Of a DNA stretch of 38,341 nt, positions 25,010-33,937 are shown one piece after another. The number at the start of each line of letters is the position of its first letter. Position 1 is the first letter of the stretch. The notes below the pieces were generated by a model. That model had not been told where the DNA came from. It saw nothing but the letters and a program-made list of their open reading frames with translations, and searched no databases. This DNA is from a virus (lineage: Duplodnaviria; Caudoviricetes), in IMG/VR virus record IMGVR_UViG_3300020045_005409, positions 1 to 38,341 of that record. One strand, 5' to 3'. Made by a program: the position numbers and the translations under genes.

Positions 25010-26485
25010 CTATTTGTAATACACCATAACCTCGAGGGCAGTAGACGGCGCACTATTCCCTCCACCAGTTGTGGCAGCGGCAATAGACATGGCTGTATCG
25101 AATGGAATACCTGCAAGTATCTCTATGTTTGCCCCCGAAGATGCCGGAATACAGTACACCAGTTTGGCCGTGGTAGTACCAACTGTCACACTAGCAGCGG
25201 CTACATTATAGACAAGAATATATACAGCTGAAGTATTGGGGTTGTAATAGTAGTAACCTCCAAATTTACCAGCACTAGCTTTAATCACTTGGGCAGAGTT
25301 GGTCAAGGCGGTATACGTATCACCGGAAGTGAAGTTACCGACACTCCAACCGCCTGTCGTTCTAGGTTGTATATCGACATCACCAATTAAGTTGGTACCA
25401 GCTGCAATAGACGTTACGTCCACATCTCCGATATCAACCCCCGAGTTCGCGGCCAACTTACCGATAGCATTAGTGCCGGCTGGTAGGGCGTTAGTAATAG
25501 ATGTAACAGCAGTGACTGTGGATACCGTAGTTATTGTCCCCGAGACTATATCAACATTACCTATATTGTTATCTCCCGCCGCAATAGACAATATATCTAC
25601 ATCTCCGATGTTGTTCGTTCCAGCATTCAAACCTACCAGACCAGTGCCGTTAGTCGGCAGTTCTACTCTTAGCGCACCCGTAGCAGTACCAGATCCGGTA
25701 ACTGGCTGTGTTCCGTTCCAATCCACCGATAGTGATGAAGAGTTATCTCCTACCTGAATGGGAGTCATAGAGGTCACCCCTTGGATAGTCAATACACCTC
25801 CAGCTGGAGTACCGGCCGAACCACTACCATCCGTAGTTATGACATTCCCCGAGTCGTTGATCCCCACTTCATCCCAAATACCAGATTGTGTCACCGCCAC
25901 AATCGGCATAGTGAGGACATCTACCTGCAATTCACCACTACTATCCGTCTTTACAACCTGTGGATTAGTACCGTCTTGCCCCAATATGGCTATACCTTTA
26001 GTTACCGTGCCTGATCCGCCTGTATACACGGTGTCATCTATAAGCTCCACTGCGGTCTTTATAGATCCCGAATTGGCTTCTGTCCAAGTGCCAGACTGAG
26101 TGGCGGCAACAGTACCATCGACCGTGATTGAGTTACCAGAGTCGTTTATACCTACCTCGTCCCACGTGCCAGACTGAGTTACAGCTACCGTGGCTAATGG
26201 TGTGAGAGTCGTTATCTGAGCGGCGGTCAATACAACCGGAACAGATGAAGCAGCCAGAGCCTGACCCAGAGCAGGGGTTTTGGTATCAATCGACGCTAGG
26301 GATGTATTACCGGTGTCCTGTTTAGCTGATGTAGCAAGACCAGTAGTGTCAATAGAAATACTCCCGGATATGACTATACCGTGAGTGGTGGGATCGGCAT
26401 ATAATGCAACCGGTGTAACACCGTCTACATTTGATATACCTAGTAGTGTTGGTATTCTGTTTCCGTCTCGTTTAGCTTCGGCCAT
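25010..26485 (-). CDS. Fibre-like virion protein with internal repeats
   Basis: Repeats VAVTQSGxWDEVGINDSGN x2 and IGDVD(I/V) x3-4; N-terminal AKRDGNR motif. Confidence 0.7.
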   Translation of the reverse strand: MAEAKRDGNRIPTLLGISNVDGVTPVALYADPTTHGIVISGSISIDTTGLATSAKQDTGNTSLASIDTKTPALGQALAASSVPVVLTAAQITTLTPLATVAVTQSGTWDEVGINDSGNSITVDGTVAATQSGTWTEANSGSIKTAVELIDDTVYTGGSGTVTKGIAILGQDGTNPQVVKTDSSGELQVDVLTMPIVAVTQSGIWDEVGINDSGNVITTDGSGSAGTPAGGVLTIQGVTSMTPIQVGDNSSSLSVDWNGTQPVTGSGTATGALRVELPTNGTGLVGLNAGTNNIGDVDILSIAAGDNNIGNVDIVSGTITTVSTVTAVTSITNALPAGTNAIGKLAANSGVDIGDVDVTSIAAGTNLIGDVDIQPRTTGGWSVGNFTSGDTYTALTNSAQVIKASAGKFGGYYYYNPNTSAVYILVYNVAAASVTVGTTTAKLVYCIPASSGANIEILAGIPFDTAMSIAAATTGGGNSAPSTALEVMVYYK

Positions 26486-26542
26486 ATAAAAAAAGAGACC
26501 CTCGAACCCGAGAGTCTATAGTGACTTAATACCCCAATTATA
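26486..26542 (-). promoter_or_regulatory. Late promoter-leader-terminator element 4
   Basis: TATAAT-N6-ATTA-AGTC-ACTATA-GACT-CTCG GGTT CGAGGGTCT CTTTTTTT AT ATG. Confidence 0.85.
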
Positions 26543-26544
26543 GC

Positions 26545-27078
26545 TTACTTCTTCAACACATCTAACTTATTTGCTATTTCTTGAAGCCTTTCCTTTTCCG
26601 TGTCTAGTTCCTTTTCACGTTGATCTAGTTTGTCTTGCCTAATTTTATCCATTAACATCTCTTTCTTGAGAAGCTTTTCACGGTGGTCTAGTTCTTCAGC
26701 AACCTTCTTCATTTCCTCCAGCTCCTTTTCCTTATCGGATATGGCCCTCTCTCTAATATCTAGGTTGGTCTGTTTATCCGAGATGACCTTTTCTCTCTTG
26801 GAGAGTTCTTCAAGTTTATTGTTTATTTGCGCAAGTCTGGCCTTGTCCTTATCCATCTCTAGTAACCTAGTTTCAACCATCAGGTTATCTGCGGATAGCT
26901 TTAGGTTAGCTTTATTTAGGTCTAGCTCTCTCTTATCTAATAATTTAGTTTTTTCTCCCAATCTTACATCCAATTCCTTAATCAATTTATCCTTCTTATC
27001 AATGGAATCGGCCCACTCTATGAATGCGGTAATATTGCGGGATAAAACATCAAAAGATGATTTAATGTCGTCTATCAC
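26545..27078 (-). CDS. Coiled-coil protein
   Basis: LDKRE/LDHRE/LDQRE heptads. Confidence 0.75.
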   Translation of the reverse strand: MIDDIKSSFDVLSRNITAFIEWADSIDKKDKLIKELDVRLGEKTKLLDKRELDLNKANLKLSADNLMVETRLLEMDKDKARLAQINNKLEELSKREKVISDKQTNLDIRERAISDKEKELEEMKKVAEELDHREKLLKKEMLMDKIRQDKLDQREKELDTEKERLQEIANKLDVLKK

Positions 27079-27299
27079 TTCTTGGGCTTATGGTCTTTGA
27101 ATACTTTCCCTGGTTCTTCTTTGGGGATTGTACCTATACCTTGCGATATAGCCACCGAAAAACTACCATCCTTGTTAAGGACAAACCTTGGAGACGAGAC
27201 CACCTGTAGTTGGTACTTATCACAAAGAAACTTATAGTCTTCCAGAAACTTTTCTGGGGTTAAGTCGCTCACACCTATCACCTTGTCTATATCTGACAT
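27075..27299 (-). CDS. Hypothetical protein
   Basis: TGATATAAT 6 nt before ATG (leaderless). Confidence 0.7.
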   Translation of the reverse strand: MSDIDKVIGVSDLTPEKFLEDYKFLCDKYQLQVVSSPRFVLNKDGSFSVAISQGIGTIPKEEPGKVFKDHKPKK

Positions 27300-27319
27300 T
27301 GAGTAATTATATCATCGGA

Positions 27320-27850
27320 CTACATCCCCATTGCAAAGATATTCAGTGATCGGACATTACAATCACCGGCATCAGTTATATTACCCACATACAGTTCTAG
27401 GTAATCACCATAATTCATATCTATCTCACAGTGCATGGCCGTACTTCTTGAGTCACTGGCATTTATGACTTTAACCAAAACTTTTGAGGCTGCCTCTACT
27501 ACTCCATTTTTGGCTATACCAAATACAAAAGTATCATTGGCCTCCTCTGGAGCGATGGTAATGGTACAAGCAACATGAAATACCCTGCCTACAGTCTCAA
27601 TGTATCTTAATCTTCCGTTATCGGATCCACCATTGTCGAAGCCGCATGAGCAGTCAGCGTTGAGTGTGGTAGTGGCGGCAGCTTTAACCATATTGGTTGA
27701 TCCGTCAGATTGGGCAGAAATGACCACGGCCGTGCCAGTCGTATCAAAGTAAGAAACTTCCCCCATTGGAAGTAGGACTCTACCGTTAAAAGTGATGTCA
27801 CCATTCGAGTCTACCTCGACGGCATTGCTTGATGGGATTAGTTTTTTCAT
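27320..27850 (-). CDS. Virion beta-sandwich (C1q/TNF-like) head domain protein
   Basis: GRLRY...FHVACTITI...IAKNG...GDYLELYV pattern. Confidence 0.55.
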   Translation of the reverse strand: MKKLIPSSNAVEVDSNGDITFNGRVLLPMGEVSYFDTTGTAVVISAQSDGSTNMVKAAATTTLNADCSCGFDNGGSDNGRLRYIETVGRVFHVACTITIAPEEANDTFVFGIAKNGVVEAASKVLVKVINASDSRSTAMHCEIDMNYGDYLELYVGNITDAGDCNVRSLNIFAMGM

Positions 27851-27853
27851 AGA

Positions 27854-28219
27854 CTAGACTAGATAACCGTATACGTCGATCGTAGCTGTTCCTGCCGCAG
27901 TAGCACCGGTAGAAACGGTTATCTGGAAGGCCGTGCCTGCTGTAGTAGCCGTATATGAGGTATTCTCAGTAGCATAAATAACCCTGAATGTGGTTGAGGC
28001 GGTAGTCATGCCTGAAAGATCAACCGTCTGTCTCCAACCAGTAAAGTCATAGTCTGTACCGCCGGCGAGCGAAGCCGAGTTGTTTCTGATTACTATATGA
28101 GTAATGATAGCCGTCTTACCAGCTGGGACTGTGTATAGGGTCGTACTAGCCACCGTCTGCATATCCACACCCGTGGTGGTTGATAAAAGTGTACTAGCGA
28201 TGGTATTTAATGCGGCCAT
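27854..28219 (-). CDS. Thr-rich virion protein
   Basis: TLYTVPAGKTAII...IDVYGYLV. Confidence 0.65.
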   Translation of the reverse strand: MAALNTIASTLLSTTTGVDMQTVASTTLYTVPAGKTAIITHIVIRNNSASLAGGTDYDFTGWRQTVDLSGMTTASTTFRVIYATENTSYTATTAGTAFQITVSTGATAAGTATIDVYGYLV

Positions 28220-28238
28220 AGTTATATTTTATATTTTT

Positions 28239-28487
28239 TTAATCATTATTCCAAACTACTTCGCCAGAGTTAACGACAACTTCGTCTTCATAAGTAACTG
28301 CCAGGTCTAGTCCGTGGACCCTTTTGAAGTCTCCTCCTGATAAAGACTTTGCTACATATAGTTTAGTGGTTCCAGTTTCAATAGCCAGCTCACCAATTTG
28401 ACGTGCATACGTTGTCGAAGCAATCAGATTTGCTCTTGTATCATCTCCAACAATTATAGCTTGTGCAAACCTGTGACTATTTGCCAT
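28239..28487 (-). CDS. Small virion protein (fibre N-terminal-like motif)
   Basis: GELAIETGTTKLYV resembles the tail-fibre GExxxxTDTxxLY motif. Confidence 0.55.
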   Translation of the reverse strand: MANSHRFAQAIIVGDDTRANLIASTTYARQIGELAIETGTTKLYVAKSLSGGDFKRVHGLDLAVTYEDEVVVNSGEVVWNND

Positions 28488-28698
28488 GTATTACCTCTAA
28501 ATTATGTAAAGTTTCCTCTAAATCGGAATGAATTAGTTCACAAGGGGGATACCCTAATCCAACTCTTCTCTCTGTCTGCGTCACAATAACAAAACGACTA
28601 TCATCGCCTTGATAGACTTCGATGATCTTGTCTTTCATCTTGTCGTACTTATCCTTGATGCTCTTTTTCTGTTTTGTAAAGTCAATAGGTTTTTTCAT
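28477..28698 (-). CDS. Hypothetical protein
   Basis: Overlaps the neighbouring gene in the operon. Confidence 0.55.
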   Translation of the reverse strand: MKKPIDFTKQKKSIKDKYDKMKDKIIEVYQGDDSRFVIVTQTERRVGLGYPPCELIHSDLEETLHNLEVIHGK

Positions 28699-28700
28699 AG

Positions 28701-29537
28701 TTAGATATTAGTTCCTGTACCCAGACATGGGGAGGTAGGTTTTAAATTAAAATTAAAATTGGTTACATCTCTTAAAAGCGGATCGGACGTGATAACCCCC
28801 GTGCCAGTTGGGGCACTGGTCAATAGATAATAGTCGCTATACGTTGAGTTCCGTGTCGCAGACCCCAAAAGATGGGTTAGTGTTCCTCCAGAACTATTAA
28901 CCATAATGTTGTTTTTCTCAGTAATGGTATATCCAGCTCCCGCAAATGCAAATATACGTGGAACAGCACTGCCCCCCGTAACATTAAAAACCCAAGTGCA
29001 ACTGTTTAAAGTGAACGTTGCCGTTCCTCCATCGCAGTAAACTATTCCCTGAGCAGAACCGCCCGCCGTGCTATGAGTAATATTCCTAAGCATGCATGTA
29101 TTAAAGGTAAAGGATTTTCCGGGATCTGCTCTAAAAAGTGCATAGGAATAAATAATATCTCCGTAGGTATTGTTTTTAAATTGACAAAAGTTAAAAACAA
29201 AGTCGCCCGCAAATGCTCTGAAGTTTCCATTAGCTATCCCCGTCATCCCAGAAAAAACAATGCCCGTTAATGTGACAACTACTCCGGCAGTATTTATATA
29301 ATATTGAGCAGACGCATTACCAATCGTTACACTCCCGTTCGTTGTTGCGTTATAAGTCATTGTTTTGCTAAACGTTACACTTGCCATCGTGTATGTCCCG
29401 TTTGCCAAAATAACAGTATCTCCCGCTATTCCAGAAGCCTGTGTCTTTGCAACTGTCAACCAAGGTGTAGCAATGTTTTGAGCCTGAGCGTACGTATAAG
29501 AATCTGATCCTGTGGGTGATAAATATATAGTAGCCAC
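28701..29537 (-). CDS. Pectin-lyase-like beta-helix protein
   Basis: IYLSPTGSD...PWLT...AGDTVILANGTY...SDPL...FNLKPTSPCLGTG. Confidence 0.75.
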   Translation of the reverse strand: MATIYLSPTGSDSYTYAQAQNIATPWLTVAKTQASGIAGDTVILANGTYTMASVTFSKTMTYNATTNGSVTIGNASAQYYINTAGVVVTLTGIVFSGMTGIANGNFRAFAGDFVFNFCQFKNNTYGDIIYSYALFRADPGKSFTFNTCMLRNITHSTAGGSAQGIVYCDGGTATFTLNSCTWVFNVTGGSAVPRIFAFAGAGYTITEKNNIMVNSSGGTLTHLLGSATRNSTYSDYYLLTSAPTGTGVITSDPLLRDVTNFNFNLKPTSPCLGTGTNI

Positions 29538-29538
29538 G

Positions 29539-29733
29539 CTAGTACCCTCCTTTCTCTAAATTTATATTTCCATAATCGTAGTTAAAATTGCATGACGGGC
29601 AAAGCTCAATGTAATCGTTTACATCCCGAAAATATCTGTGGGATATGTTTGCTAGATGGGTATAGCATCTACCGTCCCTAGTCTCTTTTGAGGCTCCACA
29701 TTCATTGCATCTCTTTTTTATTTTATTTGCCAT
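29539..29733 (-). CDS. Small degenerate HNH-like protein
   Basis: CNEC...ANISHRYFRDVNDYIELCPSC. Confidence 0.5.
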   Translation of the reverse strand: MANKIKKRCNECGASKETRDGRCYTHLANISHRYFRDVNDYIELCPSCNFNYDYGNINLEKGGY

Positions 29734-29748
29734 AATATTTTTCCTAAA

Positions 29749-30336
29749 TTAAGTTGCTGATATTGTTCTTCCCCCTATCCAATCTCCTGCGGGATAGGCT
29801 CCCATATCGTTGGTATAGGAATGAGTAAGTGGAAGTCCGTTTAATCCTAAATCGTTAATACTGTTTCCCGTCATTACCTCAATGTATCTTGTAAATCCTA
29901 CTGGTAAGTGTTCGAGTGCGTATCCATATGATGAGTTCTCTCGAAAGACGAAGTTAGAAACAATGGTGTTCCAGGTACCGTTAACATAAATCTGCAATGT
30001 GCTCCCAGACGCTCTCAAAGGGATACGAGTAGCACTAGCATTAGTTGTATCTACGTTGGAGCCAATATAGCAATCGGATAGGGTTTTTTGAGAGACCCAA
30101 TCAGTGTCTATCCCAATTAGAGAGTTGTCTTGGGTGTAACCCATATCTACACCAGTACCAGGACGAGTGAGTAGTTTGAGGGGATGGTAGTAGAGTGTTC
30201 CACCTTGCCAGATCAGCATTTCCGACGTATCAGTAGTAAATCCCAAAACAGTAGAGGTTGTGCTTAGAGCCTCGATATTGGCTCTCGTGTCTACTTTGAT
30301 CTTGAATGGTGCCGCAGCGAAGGGTAAGAGTGCCAT
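29749..30336 (-). CDS. Hypothetical virion protein
   Basis: LGFTTDTSEMLIW; LQIYVNGTW; structural-gene context. Confidence 0.65.
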   Translation of the reverse strand: MALLPFAAAPFKIKVDTRANIEALSTTSTVLGFTTDTSEMLIWQGGTLYYHPLKLLTRPGTGVDMGYTQDNSLIGIDTDWVSQKTLSDCYIGSNVDTTNASATRIPLRASGSTLQIYVNGTWNTIVSNFVFRENSSYGYALEHLPVGFTRYIEVMTGNSINDLGLNGLPLTHSYTNDMGAYPAGDWIGGRTISAT

Positions 30337-30827
30337 TATGATCCAAGAAAACTAATAACATCTGCGGAAGTACCGATAGCGTATAACGTGTTTGTGTTGT
30401 TTCCAGCGTAAGAAACACTTGCTCCGGGTTCAAGAATATAACCATTTCCTGACCCATCAGCCGTTGTGGTGACTCCAGATCCTCCTAATAGAACGTTGGC
30501 GGTATTTGTAGACTTGGCCGTGATGATTACTCCATTGATTAGAGTATTGGTTTGTAGCTGAACAGCAGAACCAGTCATAGCCTTTTGGCCGACTAGAGGA
30601 GATGAAGAGAGGGCGTTGGCGGTAACTTGAGTCTTTTGAGAACCGTCTGTTTGATTGGCAGAAGTAGCGGCTCCTGTTGGTAAAGGTACCGTGCCGGATA
30701 TACTAGCCTGTACTAATACCTCTCCAGTAACTGGGTCAACTGCCGCGTTAGCAGGTGTGGCCATGTCAAGGGAAGACACCCCGATCAGGGTAGTTACTCG
30801 GTTGTCATCTCTCTTTGCGTTTGCCAT
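30336..30827 (-). CDS. Short fibre-like virion protein
   Basis: N-terminal AKRDDNR motif, LPTGAATSANQT, C-terminal beta domain. Confidence 0.7.
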   Translation of the reverse strand: MANAKRDDNRVTTLIGVSSLDMATPANAAVDPVTGEVLVQASISGTVPLPTGAATSANQTDGSQKTQVTANALSSSPLVGQKAMTGSAVQLQTNTLINGVIITAKSTNTANVLLGGSGVTTTADGSGNGYILEPGASVSYAGNNTNTLYAIGTSADVISFLGS

Positions 30828-30890
30828 ATAACAAAAAAGACCCTATCCCGTTAGAGATAGAGTCTATATCGACTTAATATCTAAATTATA
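30828..30890 (-). promoter_or_regulatory. Late promoter-leader-terminator element 5
   Basis: TATAAT-N6-ATTA-AGTC-GATATA-GACT-CTATCTC TAAC GGGATAGGGTCT TTTTTGTTAT ATG. Confidence 0.85.
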
Positions 30891-31134
30891 CTTGCGATCT
30901 CCGTTGTAGTCGAGCTTCTGTAGCTTCTATATTCTTTTCACGTGCATCAAGCAGTTCTTTGCGCTCACGAGATATTACTTTTTCTTTCTCGACGATACGT
31001 TCACGATTGGCCAACTCCTCCTCCTGTAGTTTAAGATCCTCCTCTTTAGACTTGATCGCTGTATAGACCTTATATGCTTCATCCAAAGCACTCTCTAAAT
31101 CAGCAATCTTTTTAGCTAGTTCTTCAGGATTCAT
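30886..31134 (-). CDS. Coiled-coil protein, paralog of 26545-27078
   Basis: ELANRERIVEKE...LDAREKNIEATEARLQ. Confidence 0.7.
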   Translation of the reverse strand: MNPEELAKKIADLESALDEAYKVYTAIKSKEEDLKLQEEELANRERIVEKEKVISRERKELLDAREKNIEATEARLQRRSQV

Positions 31135-31393
31135 TTACTTCTATCTCTTCTTTAATCTTACGCATTTTATCTTCACTTAGCCTGCTTACATCCCTATCGT
31201 TAGCAACCTCCTCAACTAGATGTTTAATCATGTGATCTGCAAGGTAAGTGGGAAACGTCTCAATTTCCATAGACCTAATGACATATTCCACCTGGGTATT
31301 GTCATCATTGCGATACTTAGCCCTGAAGTCTCGAGATAGGGGGTTAAATACCGACTTTGGGGCGTCGTTTCTCTTCATCCACCTTACGTCCAT
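31124..31393 (-). CDS. Hypothetical protein
   Basis: VFNPLSRDF...FPTYLA motif shared with 31543-32193. Confidence 0.65.
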   Translation of the reverse strand: MDVRWMKRNDAPKSVFNPLSRDFRAKYRNDDNTQVEYVIRSMEIETFPTYLADHMIKHLVEEVANDRDVSRLSEDKMRKIKEEIEVNES

Positions 31394-31550
31394 CTTCTAG
31401 TTGCTGAATGGCTTCTAATAATAAAATAGATAATTCCAGTTGGCTCTTGGGAGTAATCTTGCCGAAAGTATTTAGACTCTCAAGATAGGTTCTGAATGAC
31501 ATATCGAGCATCGGCATCTCGAATAACTCTTGTAGCTTATCCTTAATCAT
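31344..31550 (-). CDS. Hypothetical protein
   Basis: Overlapping operon packing. Confidence 0.6.
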   Translation of the reverse strand: MIKDKLQELFEMPMLDMSFRTYLESLNTFGKITPKSQLELSILLLEAIQQLEDGRKVDEEKRRPKVGI

Positions 31551-32193
31551 TAGTTACCTCCGCCTCTAGGTCTTTCTTGCTTGTTCTTGGTGCTTTCTTA
31601 GCCTCGAATGTCACTGTAGTGTCCTGTACGGGCTGTTGTGATACTTGGACGGTGTCTGATACCTTTCGATTATTAAGTCCTTGGAGAATCTTAACTTCGT
31701 CTGGGGTGATATCTACTTCACCGGCTCTAGAGTTGGTCCTTTCTATGTCATCTTTACCAAACTCGTAGACTACACCGATCCATAGCTTGTCATATATGTC
31801 CACAGACTTTTTATAGTCATCTGTTCTCGGATATTCGGGAGTCATGTATGTTTCCTGGTTCTCTTCGTACTTGCTCTTGTAATCAGCAAAGCCCTTGGTC
31901 CGTCTCTCGGCCAAGAAATCATCGTGTCTCTTTTTATTCTCTGATTCAATGATGGCTACTTTCATATCCCGACAGTAGGCAGTAGCGACATATCTAGGTA
32001 CATCTTTAGTTGAGTTAGCTGGAAAGCGATGCATTTGAGTCTCCCACTTAACATAAAAATCTTTGTCAGTTGGGTTCAGCACTCTAATAACGTCGTTAGC
32101 TCTTCGCCTCATTTCTGCATGCCAAGCCTCTTCCTTGCCCGTTCTAGGTTGTGATACGCCGCCATCGGCATTTATGTTTGGGAAGTCGTCCAT
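31543..32193 (-). CDS. Hypothetical protein
   Basis: 216 aa; VLNPTDKDF...VPRYVA. Confidence 0.7.
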   Translation of the reverse strand: MDDFPNINADGGVSQPRTGKEEAWHAEMRRRANDVIRVLNPTDKDFYVKWETQMHRFPANSTKDVPRYVATAYCRDMKVAIIESENKKRHDDFLAERRTKGFADYKSKYEENQETYMTPEYPRTDDYKKSVDIYDKLWIGVVYEFGKDDIERTNSRAGEVDITPDEVKILQGLNNRKVSDTVQVSQQPVQDTTVTFEAKKAPRTSKKDLEAEVTND

Positions 32194-32195
32194 TT

Positions 32196-32348
32196 TTATT
32201 TGTCTTTAGTAATTTCTGCTTCTTTACCAGACAAGACTACGTTAAGACGTTCAGCCAGGGAAACTATTATCTTTGCATTCTCGAAATTATACGAACATTG
32301 AGCGATCACTGCTAACAAAACTTTGATTTCTTTAGGTGTAAGTTCCAT
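32196..32348 (-). CDS. 50-aa hypothetical protein
   Basis: Below cutoff; MELTPKEIKVLLAVIAQ...; TGATATAAT at 32370-32378 upstream. Confidence 0.6.
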   Translation of the reverse strand: MELTPKEIKVLLAVIAQCSYNFENAKIIVSLAERLNVVLSGKEAEITKDK

Positions 32349-32381
32349 ATCTTAGGATTATCTCCCAAGATTATATCATTC

Positions 32382-32885
32382 CTACAATCCCGAGTCTGCC
32401 ACGCTCCCATCAGTCCCCCAGGGGCACCAGATGCAATAGTAGTCAATTACCCCCGATGTAATGTTACTAGTAGCCACTGTCATGATAATGTCCTGTCCGT
32501 TTAGAGCGTATTCGGGTAGATTGTCGGCGGCGGCAGACTGTTCACCCAGAATGAAGTAAGCCCCTACAGTAGCGTTATTGATAACATAGTCACCTGAGTT
32601 AATATCTACCGCATCTTCGGTTGGTAAATAGATTGTGGTGGCTCCAGCGATACCCACAGCGTGAGTGCCTGTACCGGCCAAGTTAGTTGTGCAAATTCCA
32701 AACACTCTGGCTCTAACTGACCCAGTAACGGTGAATATTGCGGCTCCATCCAAGGCTCCTCCATCATCACCCCAGGCATCGGTAGTAGCACCAGCGAATG
32801 TAATCGTCTTCTTGGTGATTATTCCGTCCGTCCAAATCGGTACACGATTAGCGTCCCTGTAAAAGGCAGAGGTTATTGTAGCCAT
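32382..32885 (-). CDS. Virion beta-sandwich/spike protein
   Basis: RDANRVP N-terminal motif; IFTVTGSV...SGVIDYY. Confidence 0.65.
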   Translation of the reverse strand: MATITSAFYRDANRVPIWTDGIITKKTITFAGATTDAWGDDGGALDGAAIFTVTGSVRARVFGICTTNLAGTGTHAVGIAGATTIYLPTEDAVDINSGDYVINNATVGAYFILGEQSAAADNLPEYALNGQDIIMTVATSNITSGVIDYYCIWCPWGTDGSVADSGL

Positions 32886-32903
32886 ATTTAAACTACCTTA
32901 GTA

Positions 32904-33875
32904 TTAGTCAACCGTTGGGTTGATGGCCTGTCCGACTGCGTTAGCAGTGGCCGTGTATTGGGTTGTCCAAATTCTTCCTGACGCGGTCGACTCCCAGTTA
33001 TCGATTCCAACTAGCAGTTGGTCACCGGTTAGAAGAACATGTCCAGTTGTTGTCTGTGTCGCTAGGTTCATACATGCGGCGATTTGAGCGGCATCGTTGG
33101 AAGTAAAGTTGTACCACAGACAATCATTGAATCTTACCCATCTGTCTATAGAGTTGGCTTCTGAGAAGTAAATGTGTCGTGGGGTTGTAGCGTCACTAGA
33201 CATAATGAATTGACACCCGTCAAACACGTTTCTTGAAGCGGCAGATGCAAATTCAACAGTGTAGTTTGCGGCTGATCTGTCAAAAGTATCAGCTCCAAAA
33301 GTACAACCGGAGAAAGTGTTCTCTTGCGCGCCCGAAAGTACCAGGGCACGTGCGGCAGTGTCATCTCCAGTGGTTGCATTCAAAGAACCCTTAAAGTCAA
33401 CACCGATAAATGAGTTGTAATCTCCAGTAATAGTCACGGGGACGTTAATGTCGGTCGTACCGTTAAAAGTAAGATTCTTGAAGATACAACCATTCTCGGA
33501 GATAGTTAGCGATCCACCAGTACCAAAGGAGATACCAGCACGAGCATCCTGAAAGGTAGGAGCGGCGTTACCAACTAAATGAGTAAACCTCTTTGCCCAT
33601 GTAATAGCTGTCGTCTCAGCGGCTCGACCGGTTCCACCGGTGGGGACAATCAAAACTACATCGTGATAACCAGAAGTAGCTAGAGCATAACCAGCGGAGA
33701 CTGTAGCTAGGGCATCATCCAAAGATGATCCACCAGCACTGTCACTTCCACCACTAGGGTCGACATAGATAATCTTACCTACATATGGCAGTCCCAGCAT
33801 ACCTGCTAGGTCTTGTGGCATAATCTTCGCGCCATATCTCATGGCTGGAATGTGATCGCTTAGTTTTAAGCTCAT
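32904..33875 (-). CDS. Beta-helix (pectin-lyase-like) virion protein
   Basis: IYVDPSGGSD...ALAT...; repeated NxFxGCxF rungs; AAGGAG SD. Confidence 0.7.
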   Translation of the reverse strand: MSLKLSDHIPAMRYGAKIMPQDLAGMLGLPYVGKIIYVDPSGGSDSAGGSSLDDALATVSAGYALATSGYHDVVLIVPTGGTGRAAETTAITWAKRFTHLVGNAAPTFQDARAGISFGTGGSLTISENGCIFKNLTFNGTTDINVPVTITGDYNSFIGVDFKGSLNATTGDDTAARALVLSGAQENTFSGCTFGADTFDRSAANYTVEFASAASRNVFDGCQFIMSSDATTPRHIYFSEANSIDRWVRFNDCLWYNFTSNDAAQIAACMNLATQTTTGHVLLTGDQLLVGIDNWESTASGRIWTTQYTATANAVGQAINPTVD

Positions 33876-33937
33876 TTTTTATTTCTCCTTTTACACTCTC
33901 CCGTTACGAATCGGGGTCAAATGTGAGTAATTTTTAA

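Noticed and set aside
19856-26099. Plus-strand ORFs antisense to structural genes (e.g. 21902-22273, 25299-25757)
   Set aside because: Shadow frames of Gly/Thr-rich minus-strand genes, with no independent expression signals.
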